From Breznakia blatticola (GTDB lineage: Bacteria; Bacillota_I; Bacilli_A; Erysipelotrichales; Erysipelotrichaceae), in contig NZ_SODD01000021.1 in the NCBI RefSeq assembly GCF_004365815.1, forward strand, positions 5,685 through 37,684: a stretch of DNA of 32,000 nt, written 5' to 3'. The notes beneath the pieces were generated by a model. It had not been told where the DNA came from. It ran no database searches and saw nothing but the letters and a program-made list of their open reading frames with translations. Position 1 is the stretch's first letter; each line of letters opens with the position of its first letter. Both the position numbers and the translations under genes were made by a program. Below, piece by piece: positions 8,843 to 16,947 of the stretch.

Positions 8843-9355
8843 ATGAAGTTATTAAAAATGAGATCATTGGATGAAGCATATCCGTTATTACAAGAAGCAT
8901 TTCCGCTTAGTGAATTGCGTCCATATACATATATTGAAGAAAAGTTGAAAACATCATTTGTTGAATTACTTGGTGCATATGAAGAACAACAACTAGTCGG
9001 TGTATTTTTACTTTGGAAACTACAAGATTGTATCTTTGTGGAAAATTTTGCAGTTGCTAAACATACAAGAGGACAGGGAATCGGTTCGAAAATGCTAGAT
9101 GCTTTGAAAGAGAAATATCCACATACAACACTGATTTTAGAAGTAGAAGAACCCTTTGATCATACCAGTGCTCGTCGCGTTGCGTTTTATAAGCGTAATC
9201 AATTTCAAATCTATGAATCAACATATTTACAACCACAAATAAATACAGAAAAAAATATGCATCCATTATGCTTTATGAGTTATCCAGAACCTTTGAATGA
9301 AGACTTATTTTTAAAGTATAAAGCAGAGATTTTCAAGTTCGTTTATGAAGTGTAA
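8843..9355 (+). CDS. GNAT family N-acetyltransferase
   Basis: 170 aa from ATG 8843 (RBS GAGG at about 8834, extended -10 TGaTACAAT at about 8817-8825). It has the acetyl-CoA motif RGQGIGSKMLDAL. The track start at 8792 is a non-ATG extension lying in the promoter region. Confidence 0.8.
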   Translation: MKLLKMRSLDEAYPLLQEAFPLSELRPYTYIEEKLKTSFVELLGAYEEQQLVGVFLLWKLQDCIFVENFAVAKHTRGQGIGSKMLDALKEKYPHTTLILEVEEPFDHTSARRVAFYKRNQFQIYESTYLQPQINTEKNMHPLCFMSYPEPLNEDLFLKYKAEIFKFVYEV

Positions 9356-9389
9356 CTGTATTTTATACATATAAAACGAAAATATTATC

Positions 9390-9417
9390 TTGACAAACGA
9401 TATGTCGATGATAAAAT
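9390..9417 (+). promoter_or_regulatory. Candidate gltB promoter: TTGACA-16 nt-TAAAAT
   Basis: TTGACA at 9390-9395 and TAAAAT at 9412-9417. No other promoter-like element fits between it and the gltB RBS. Confidence 0.5.
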
Positions 9418-9428
9418 TAAACACAAAC

Positions 9429-9473
9429 AAAGACGTTTGATGCCTTTTTGGGCACTGACGTCTTTTTTATTTT
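9429..9473 (+). terminator. Terminator-like hairpin plus U-tract in the gltB 5' region (GNAT terminator and/or gltB attenuator)
   Basis: AAAGACGT-ttga-TGCC-ttttt-GGCA-ctg-ACGTCTTT followed by TTTATTTT. It ends 1-2 nt before RBS GGAGGA (9474-9479). Confidence 0.6.
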
Positions 9474-9485
9474 GGAGGATAACAT

Positions 9486-12400
9486 ATGAAGCAAACCGGG
9501 TTATATCACGAGCAGTTTGAACATGATAACTGTGGAATTGGTGCAGTTGTTAATGTATCAGGAGAAAAGACATATCAAACAATTGATAACGCACTTACTA
9601 TTGTTGAGAAACTTGAGCATCGAGCAGGTATGGATGCAAAAAAGGAAACAGGGGATGGTGTAGGAATATTAACACAAATTCCACACGCTTATTTTCGCGA
9701 TGTATGCACGTTTGCTTTGCCAAATGAGGATTTTGGAGTTGGGATGTTTTTCTTTCCACAAGATACATTAGAATTTGAAAAAGCAAAACAATTATTTACT
9801 GTAATCGCAAAAAAAGAAGGGTTAGAGATTTTAGGGTTTCGACATGTAGATTGTAATCCGCAAGTGCTTGGTCAAAAAGCATTGTCACTAATGCCTACAA
9901 TTGTCCAATGCTTCATCAAACGACCAAATCACATACAAGCTGGGATTGCATTTGACCGTAAGTTATTTGTCACACGTAAAATTTTTGAAAAAAGTTGTTC
10001 AGATACGTATGTGTGTTCATTAAGTAGTCGTACGATTGTATATAAAGGAATGTTCTTAGTTGGACAATTACGCACGTTTTACAACGACTTACAACATCAA
10101 GACTTTACAAGTGCAATTGCACTTGTGCATTCACGTTTTTCCACAAATACGATGCCTACATGGCATCGTGCGCACCCCAATCGTATGATTGTACATAATG
10201 GAGAGATTAATACGATCAAAGGAAATGCAAATAAAATGTTAAGTCGTGAAGAAAATATGACATCTAGTATCTTTGGGGATGATTTAAAACGGGTTCTTCC
10301 AGTAATTGATAGCCGAGGAAGTGATTCATCAATGCTTGATAATGCACTAGAGTTTATGGTTATGGCAGGTATGGATCTTGCACATGCAATGATGCTTAAT
10401 ATTCCTGAACCTTGGGAACACAATCATTTGATGTCCCAATCAAAGAAGGATTTTTATCAATATAATGCATGTCTCATGGAACCATGGGATGGTCCAGCTT
10501 CGATACTATTTTCTGATGGTGATGTAATGGGTGCAGTACTTGATCGTAATGGATTACGTCCTTCACGTTACTATGTAACAAAAGATGGATACCTAATCTT
10601 AAGTAGTGAAGTTGGTGTTTTAGACATTGAACCATCAAATATTGAAGTAAAATGTCGTTTAGAACCAGGGAAAATGTTGTTGGTTGATACAAATATTGGA
10701 CGAATCATTCAAGATGACGAATTAAAAGCCTACTATGCACAGCGAGCACCATATGGAAAGTGGATCGAAAAGAATCTTCGATTTTTATCGCAAGTAGAAA
10801 TTCCAAACAAAACAGTTGATAGATACAGTCATGAACAATTAACCACACTACAAAAAGTTCATGGATATAGTTATGAAGATATTAAAGATTATATTATACC
10901 AGCGGCACAATCTGGAATTGAGCCGGTTATCGCGATGGGAGCAGATCGTGCACTTGCTGCATCAGATACTTTATATCAACCATTATTTTCATATTTCAAA
11001 CAATTGTTTGCACAAGTAACGAATCCGCCAATAGATGCGATTCGTGAAGAGATTGTCACAAGTACGTCCGTTTATTTAGGACGTGATGGAAATATCTTTC
11101 AAGATGATCCAAAAAACGTTAGACTCTTAAAAATACAAAATCCAATCTTAAGTAATGTGGACATGTTAAAAATCAAACACTTGCAAGAGGATGGCTTTAG
11201 ATGTATGACGATATCGATGCTCTATTACAAAAATACAAGTTTAAAAGAGGCATTGGATCATATGTGTTATGAAGCAGATCAAGCAATCCATCAAGGAGCA
11301 ACTCTACTTGTCTTAAGTGATTGTGGGGTGGATGAAAACCATGTAGCAATTCCATCATTACTAGCTACAAGTGCATTAAATCAACATTTACTTCAAACAA
11401 AAAAGTCTCTACAAGCATCCATTATTGTGGAAAGTGCAGAACCTAGAGAGGTTCATCACTTTGCAACGTTACTTGGTTATGGTGCAAGTGCAATCAATCC
11501 ATACTTGGTGCATGACACAATTGCTGATGCAATTGCAAATCGACTGCTAGAAAAAGACTATGATGCAGCTATAGAAGCTTATGATCAAGCAATGTTACAC
11601 GGAATTGTAAAGATCGCCTCAAAGATGGGGATTTCAACGATTCAATCCTATCAAGGAAGTCAGGTGTTTGAAGCACTAGGAATTCATGAAGATGTAATTT
11701 CTACATACTTTACTAAGACGATTAGTAGAGTGGGAGGAATTCGGTTAGCTGATATTGAAAAACAACAACATTATCTTCATGCAGCTGCATTTGATGCATT
11801 AGGATTATCAGTAGATAAGAATTTAGATAGTACAGGAATGCATAAGTATCGAAGTCAAAAAGAAATGCATCTATACAATCCTAAAACAATTCATTTACTA
11901 CAAAAAGCAACCCGACAAAATGAGTATTCATTGTTTAAACAATTTACTAAAGAAATTGAAAAAGAGATGGAACAAACCAGTATTCGCGGATTATTAGAAT
12001 TTAAAAAGCAAACTCCGATTTCAATTGATGAAGTAGAAAGTGTAGAAGATATTGTCACGCGCTTTAAAACAGGAGCAATGTCTTATGGGTCTATTTCCAA
12101 AGAAGCACATGAGACATTGGCTATTGCGATGAATACATTACACGGAAAAAGTAACTCAGGAGAAGGTGGAGAAGATGCATCACGCTTTCATACCAATCGC
12201 TATTCAGCTATTAAACAAGTAGCATCCGGTCGGTTTGGTGTTACAAGTGAATACTTGGTACATGCGAAAGAAATTCAAATTAAAATGGCACAAGGTGCAA
12301 AACCAGGAGAAGGAGGACAACTGCCTGCTGGTAAGGTATATCCTTGGATTGCCAAAACAAGACATTCTACACCAGGTGTGCAATTGATTTCACCACCACC

Positions 12401-13967
12401 GCATCATGATATTTATTCAATCGAGGATTTGGCACAATTGATTTATGATTGTAAATCAGCAAACAAAGATGCAAGAATCTCGGTGAAACTAGTTTCTGAG
12501 GCAGGCGTAGGAACGATTGCTGCAGGAGTTGCTAAAGCAGGTAGTGAAGTCATATTAATCTCTGGATATGATGGAGGAACTGGAGCTGCTCCAAAGAATT
12601 CTGTATATCATGCTGGTTTGCCATGGGAATTAGGACTTGCTGAAGCGCATCAAACATTGATTATGAATGATCTACGAAGTCGCGTTCGTTTGGAATGTGA
12701 TGGAAAACTACTTACAGGAAAAGATGTTGCAATCGCAGCTTTATTAGGAGCTGAAGAATTTGGTTTTGCAACTGCACCACTAGTTAGTTTAGGTTGCGTA
12801 ATGATGCGTGTTTGTCATCTTGATACATGTCCAGTAGGGATTGCCACACAAAATCCAAAACTTAGAAAACGCTTTAGTGGAAAGCCAGAATATGTGATTC
12901 ACTTTATGCGCTTTATCGCACAAGAACTTCGTGAATATATGGCACAACTCGGTTTTCGTAGTATCGATGAAATGGTCGGTCATAGTGAACTCTTGCAAGT
13001 GAAAAAAGATGTGCATACATCTTTTGATCTAACAAGACTACTCACAAAAGTAGAAAACAAGGAAAAGAAGACGATTTTTGATCCGCAAGATGTATATGAT
13101 TTCGAATTGGATACTACACTAGATGCATATCTAATCGATCGATTTAGCAAAGCGATTGACAATAATGAATCAGCAACAGCATCTGTCTGTTTGGATAACC
13201 AAACACGCTCTTTTGGAACGATGTTAGGTAGCTATATTACAAAACACTTGCATGGACGTACAAAAGAACATCAATATCGTATTTTTGCGAAAGGTGCTGG
13301 AGGGCAATCCTTTGGTGCATTTCTTCCTAAAGGTGTAAGTATCTATCTTGAAGGTGACAGTAATGATTATTTTGGAAAAGGCTTATCTGGCGGATCCCTT
13401 GCATTGTTTCCACCTAAAGATGCAACCTTTGAAGCATCAGAAAATATCATTGTTGGAAATGTTGCATTTTATGGTGCAACTTCAGGTAATGCATATATTG
13501 CAGGTATTGCAGGTGAACGTTTTTGTGTAAGAAACTCAGGAATTGATGCGGTTGTTGAAGGTGTTGGTGATCATGGACTGGAATACATGACAGGTGGTCG
13601 TGTGTGTATTCTTGGTTCTTGTGGAAGTAATCTTGCAGCAGGGATGAGTGGAGGATATGCATATATCTTTGATGAAAACGCTGATGTAGATACAAAACTG
13701 AATAAAGAAATGGTGGAGCTACAAGAAATTGTACAAGAACAAGATTTTGTAGAAATTAAAGAGATGTTGCAAGCACATATACACTATACAAACTCAAGCA
13801 AAGCAAAGCGTATTATAAATGACTTTGATGTATGTAAAGTACACTTTAAGAAAATAATGCCAGTTGATTATAAAAAGATGATGCAAGCAATTCAAAATAA
13901 GGTAGAAAGTGGATTATCACTTGAAGATGCCCAAATGGAAGCATTTTATGAAAGAAAGGAAGTGTAA
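9486..13967 (+). CDS. gltB: Glutamate synthase large subunit
   Basis: 1493 aa. N-terminal amidotransferase EHDNCGIGAV (catalytic Cys after propeptide), FMN/Fe-S central domain, and C-terminal GXGXG-repeat domain. Confidence 0.97.
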   Translation: MKQTGLYHEQFEHDNCGIGAVVNVSGEKTYQTIDNALTIVEKLEHRAGMDAKKETGDGVGILTQIPHAYFRDVCTFALPNEDFGVGMFFFPQDTLEFEKAKQLFTVIAKKEGLEILGFRHVDCNPQVLGQKALSLMPTIVQCFIKRPNHIQAGIAFDRKLFVTRKIFEKSCSDTYVCSLSSRTIVYKGMFLVGQLRTFYNDLQHQDFTSAIALVHSRFSTNTMPTWHRAHPNRMIVHNGEINTIKGNANKMLSREENMTSSIFGDDLKRVLPVIDSRGSDSSMLDNALEFMVMAGMDLAHAMMLNIPEPWEHNHLMSQSKKDFYQYNACLMEPWDGPASILFSDGDVMGAVLDRNGLRPSRYYVTKDGYLILSSEVGVLDIEPSNIEVKCRLEPGKMLLVDTNIGRIIQDDELKAYYAQRAPYGKWIEKNLRFLSQVEIPNKTVDRYSHEQLTTLQKVHGYSYEDIKDYIIPAAQSGIEPVIAMGADRALAASDTLYQPLFSYFKQLFAQVTNPPIDAIREEIVTSTSVYLGRDGNIFQDDPKNVRLLKIQNPILSNVDMLKIKHLQEDGFRCMTISMLYYKNTSLKEALDHMCYEADQAIHQGATLLVLSDCGVDENHVAIPSLLATSALNQHLLQTKKSLQASIIVESAEPREVHHFATLLGYGASAINPYLVHDTIADAIANRLLEKDYDAAIEAYDQAMLHGIVKIASKMGISTIQSYQGSQVFEALGIHEDVISTYFTKTISRVGGIRLADIEKQQHYLHAAAFDALGLSVDKNLDSTGMHKYRSQKEMHLYNPKTIHLLQKATRQNEYSLFKQFTKEIEKEMEQTSIRGLLEFKKQTPISIDEVESVEDIVTRFKTGAMSYGSISKEAHETLAIAMNTLHGKSNSGEGGEDASRFHTNRYSAIKQVASGRFGVTSEYLVHAKEIQIKMAQGAKPGEGGQLPAGKVYPWIAKTRHSTPGVQLISPPPHHDIYSIEDLAQLIYDCKSANKDARISVKLVSEAGVGTIAAGVAKAGSEVILISGYDGGTGAAPKNSVYHAGLPWELGLAEAHQTLIMNDLRSRVRLECDGKLLTGKDVAIAALLGAEEFGFATAPLVSLGCVMMRVCHLDTCPVGIATQNPKLRKRFSGKPEYVIHFMRFIAQELREYMAQLGFRSIDEMVGHSELLQVKKDVHTSFDLTRLLTKVENKEKKTIFDPQDVYDFELDTTLDAYLIDRFSKAIDNNESATASVCLDNQTRSFGTMLGSYITKHLHGRTKEHQYRIFAKGAGGQSFGAFLPKGVSIYLEGDSNDYFGKGLSGGSLALFPPKDATFEASENIIVGNVAFYGATSGNAYIAGIAGERFCVRNSGIDAVVEGVGDHGLEYMTGGRVCILGSCGSNLAAGMSGGYAYIFDENADVDTKLNKEMVELQEIVQEQDFVEIKEMLQAHIHYTNSSKAKRIINDFDVCKVHFKKIMPVDYKKMMQAIQNKVESGLSLEDAQMEAFYERKEV

Positions 13968-13969
13968 TT

Positions 13970-15442
13970 ATGGGAAAACCAGATGGATTTTTCGTATATG
14001 AGCGTAAAGATACAAAAACGATTGCACCTTTAGATCGCATAAAAAACTATCAAGAATTTCATCTTCCTTTACAAGAAGAAAACCGTCGAATACAAGCAAG
14101 TCGTTGTATGGATTGCGGGGTTCCATTTTGTCAGTATGGCAAGCAGATTGCTGGTATGAGTAGTGGTTGTCCTTTACATAATGTCATTCCAGAATGGAAT
14201 GATTTACTATATCGAAAAAACTATGAAATAGCACTAGAGCGTCTGTTGATGACAAATCCATTTCCCGAATTTACAAGTCGAGTTTGTCCAGCCCCATGCG
14301 AAAAAGCATGCACATGCTCGCTTCATGGAGATGCTGTTACGATCTGTGAAAATGAGAAGTTTCTAATTGAATATGGATTTGCACATCAGTTAATTAAACT
14401 TCCTAATATTAGACAATATACAGGAAAGAAAGTTGCGATTATTGGTAGTGGTCCAAGTGGTCTAGCTTGTGCACAACAGTTGCATAGTCGTCATCACGAA
14501 GTACATATCTATGAAAGAAGTGATCGCGCTGGTGGTTTACTGATGTATGGAATACCGAATATGAAATTAGATAAAGCGATTGTTAACCGTAGAATCGCAT
14601 TGATGGAAAAAGCAGGTATTCACTTTCATTTATCAACGGATATTGATACAACGCAAAAAGTTAAACAATTGCAAGCAGAATATGATGCAATCATTCTTGC
14701 AGTAGGTTCAAGTAAACCTAGAAACCTTTCAGTTAAACATACAGATGCAAAGGGTGTACACTTTGCAGTTGATTATTTAAGTCACAGTACAAAACATCTG
14801 TTAGATGATACATATCCATTAACTATCGATGCAAAAGATAAACATGTCGTGATTGTTGGTGGTGGAGATACTGGAAATGATTGTGTAGCCACGGCAATTC
14901 GCCAATCGTGCGCTTCTGTTGTTCAACTAGAAATGATGCCAGAATTACCAGCATCAAGAATGGATGATAATCCATGGCCAGAATGGTCAAAAGTGAAGAA
15001 AACGGACTATGGTCAAGAAGAAGCAATTGCTATGTTTGACCAAGATCCTCGACTTTATGAAGTGACGATTAAAGAAATCATCACTGATGAAAATCATGCA
15101 ATCAAGCAAGTTGTGATTTGCTCATTACAGTGGGAAAAAGATGGTGATGGCAATATGCGACCAAGTTACATTGCAGGAAGTGAAAAAAAAGTTGCATGTG
15201 ATCTACTACTTCTTGCTACTGGGTTTGTTGGTGTGGAGTCAAACATTTTCGAAAATTTTGAATTAGAAAAAAACGAACGTGGCGTTATCCAAACAATCGA
15301 TGGTTCTACGACAAATATCGAAGGAGTATTTGTTAGTGGTGATGCATCACGGGGACAATCCTTAGTTGTATGGGCAATGCAAGAAGGAAAGAAAACAGCC
15401 AAAGCAGTTGATACATATTTGATGGGATATTCCAATCTTTAA
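13970..15442 (+). CDS. gltD: Glutamate synthase small subunit (NADPH)
   Basis: 490 aa. It has Fe-S cysteine clusters (CMDCGVPFC, CPAPCEKAC) and dinucleotide folds IIGSGPSGLA and VVIVGGGDTGND. There is a 2-nt gap after gltB. Confidence 0.95.
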   Translation: MGKPDGFFVYERKDTKTIAPLDRIKNYQEFHLPLQEENRRIQASRCMDCGVPFCQYGKQIAGMSSGCPLHNVIPEWNDLLYRKNYEIALERLLMTNPFPEFTSRVCPAPCEKACTCSLHGDAVTICENEKFLIEYGFAHQLIKLPNIRQYTGKKVAIIGSGPSGLACAQQLHSRHHEVHIYERSDRAGGLLMYGIPNMKLDKAIVNRRIALMEKAGIHFHLSTDIDTTQKVKQLQAEYDAIILAVGSSKPRNLSVKHTDAKGVHFAVDYLSHSTKHLLDDTYPLTIDAKDKHVVIVGGGDTGNDCVATAIRQSCASVVQLEMMPELPASRMDDNPWPEWSKVKKTDYGQEEAIAMFDQDPRLYEVTIKEIITDENHAIKQVVICSLQWEKDGDGNMRPSYIAGSEKKVACDLLLLATGFVGVESNIFENFELEKNERGVIQTIDGSTTNIEGVFVSGDASRGQSLVVWAMQEGKKTAKAVDTYLMGYSNL

Positions 15443-15447
15443 AACAG

Positions 15448-15488
15448 ACCATGTAATGATTCCGACGGGAGTGATTGCATGGTTTTTG
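15448..15488 (+). terminator. Intrinsic terminator after gltD
   Basis: About 16-bp imperfect stem (ACCATGTAATGATTCC / GGAGTGATTGCATGGT), loop GACG, then TTTTTG. Confidence 0.8.
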
Positions 15489-15535
15489 TGTACTTTTGAC
15501 TAATTATGTCATAAAATGGTCATAGGAGGTTTCAT

Positions 15536-15973
15536 ATGGAATCATACGTAATAGGGTGGATGATTGCTTTTCTTGTCATATGTGCATTAGAAGCGGCATC
15601 TTTACAACTTGTCGCCATTTGGTTTGCAGCAGGTAGTTTGGTTTGCGTGTTTTTAAGTTTGGCAGGTGTGAGTTTTACTGGCCAACTTATTGCTTTCATT
15701 GTGGTTTCGTTAGTAACGATGGCGTTATTACGACCATATGCGATGAAAAAAATCAAACCAAATCTAATCAAAACAAACATAGATGATGTGATAGGTAAAA
15801 AGGCAATTGTATTACATGACTTTAATGAACTTACAAAAGAGGGTCGAGTACAACTTGATGGTGTTGATTGGGCAGCCAAAAACATCGGACATCAACCATT
15901 GAAAAAGGATGATGAAGTGTATGTGCACGAAATTAAAGGTGTTACAGTACTCGTAAATAAGGAGAAAAAATAA
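15536..15973 (+). CDS. NfeD-family membrane protein
   Basis: 145 aa. Three N-terminal TM segments, then a C-terminal OB-fold-like region (GRVQLDGVDWAAK...VYVHEIKGVTVLV). RBS AGGAGG. It sits immediately upstream of its usual SPFH partner. Confidence 0.85.
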   Translation: MESYVIGWMIAFLVICALEAASLQLVAIWFAAGSLVCVFLSLAGVSFTGQLIAFIVVSLVTMALLRPYAMKKIKPNLIKTNIDDVIGKKAIVLHDFNELTKEGRVQLDGVDWAAKNIGHQPLKKDDEVYVHEIKGVTVLVNKEKK

Positions 15974-15974
15974 A

Positions 15975-16910
15975 ATGGAATTAATTATGATTTTAGTATT
16001 TATCATTGTTATTATCGCATTAGTAGGAGCACACGTACGTGTGGTAAAACAATCGGAGTCTTATGTTATTGAACGTTTAGGGGCATACCGCGTGACTTGG
16101 GGAACAGGATTACACTTCTTAGTTCCACTGATTGAACGCGTTGCTAAAAAAATCTCATTAAAAGAGCATGTTGTGGATTTTCCTCCGCAACCAGTAATTA
16201 CGAAAGATAACGTAACGATGCAAATTGATACAGTAGTATATTTCCAAGTTACGGATTCAAAACTATATGCATATGGAGTTACAAATCCAATGATGGCTGT
16301 TGAAAACTTAACAGCTACAACATTACGTAACTTAATTGGGGAATTGGACTTAGATGCAACATTAACAAGTCGTGATGTAATCAATACACAAATGCGTGCA
16401 ATCTTAGATGAAGCGACTGATAAATGGGGAATTAAAGTAAACCGTGTTGAGGTAAAAAACATTTTGCCACCGCGTGAAATTCAAGATGCGATGGAAAAAC
16501 AAATGAAGGCAGAACGTGAACGTCGTGAAGCAATTTTACAAGCGGAAGGGAAAAAGAAAAGTCAAATTCTTATTGCTGAAGGGGAAAAAGAAAGTACAAT
16601 TCTTCAAGCCGAAGCATTTAAAGAACGTCAAATTCGTGAAGCAGAAGGTCGTCAAGCTGCTATGGTATTAGAAGCGGAAGGGCAAGCAAAAGCTATTCGT
16701 GAAGTACAACAAGCAACTGCTGATGGACTTAGTGCATTATCAAAAGCTGATGTAAATGCAGCAACTGTAAAAATTAAAGAACTTGAAGCACTTGCTAAAG
16801 TTGCAAACGGTAAATCAACAAAATTGATTATTCCAAGCGAAATTCAAAAACTAACAGGATTAGCTGCAAGTTTAAAAGAAGTGGTTTCAAATACAAATGG
16901 GGAAGAATAG
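15975..16910 (+). CDS. SPFH/band-7 (stomatin-like) protein
   Basis: 311 aa. N-terminal TM, ERLGAYRVTWGTGLHFLVP...VITKDNVTMQIDTVVYFQV SPFH core, then a Glu/Ala/Lys-rich coiled-coil tail. Confidence 0.9.
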   Translation: MELIMILVFIIVIIALVGAHVRVVKQSESYVIERLGAYRVTWGTGLHFLVPLIERVAKKISLKEHVVDFPPQPVITKDNVTMQIDTVVYFQVTDSKLYAYGVTNPMMAVENLTATTLRNLIGELDLDATLTSRDVINTQMRAILDEATDKWGIKVNRVEVKNILPPREIQDAMEKQMKAERERREAILQAEGKKKSQILIAEGEKESTILQAEAFKERQIREAEGRQAAMVLEAEGQAKAIREVQQATADGLSALSKADVNAATVKIKELEALAKVANGKSTKLIIPSEIQKLTGLAASLKEVVSNTNGEE

Positions 16911-16931
16911 AATCATCTATTCTTCTTTTTT
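16902..16931 (+). terminator. Intrinsic terminator overlapping the SPFH stop codon
   Basis: GAAGAATAG-aatcat-CTATTCTTC (perfect 9 bp) followed by TTTTTT. Confidence 0.85.
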
Positions 16932-16947
16932 GTGGTAAGATATTTTC

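Noticed and set aside
8446-9355. Small protein plus GNAT, considered as a GNAT-type toxin-antitoxin pair
   Set aside because: The genes are divergent rather than co-transcribed. The small protein is a membrane protein, not an RHH/HTH antitoxin. The GNAT has its own promoter and RBS.
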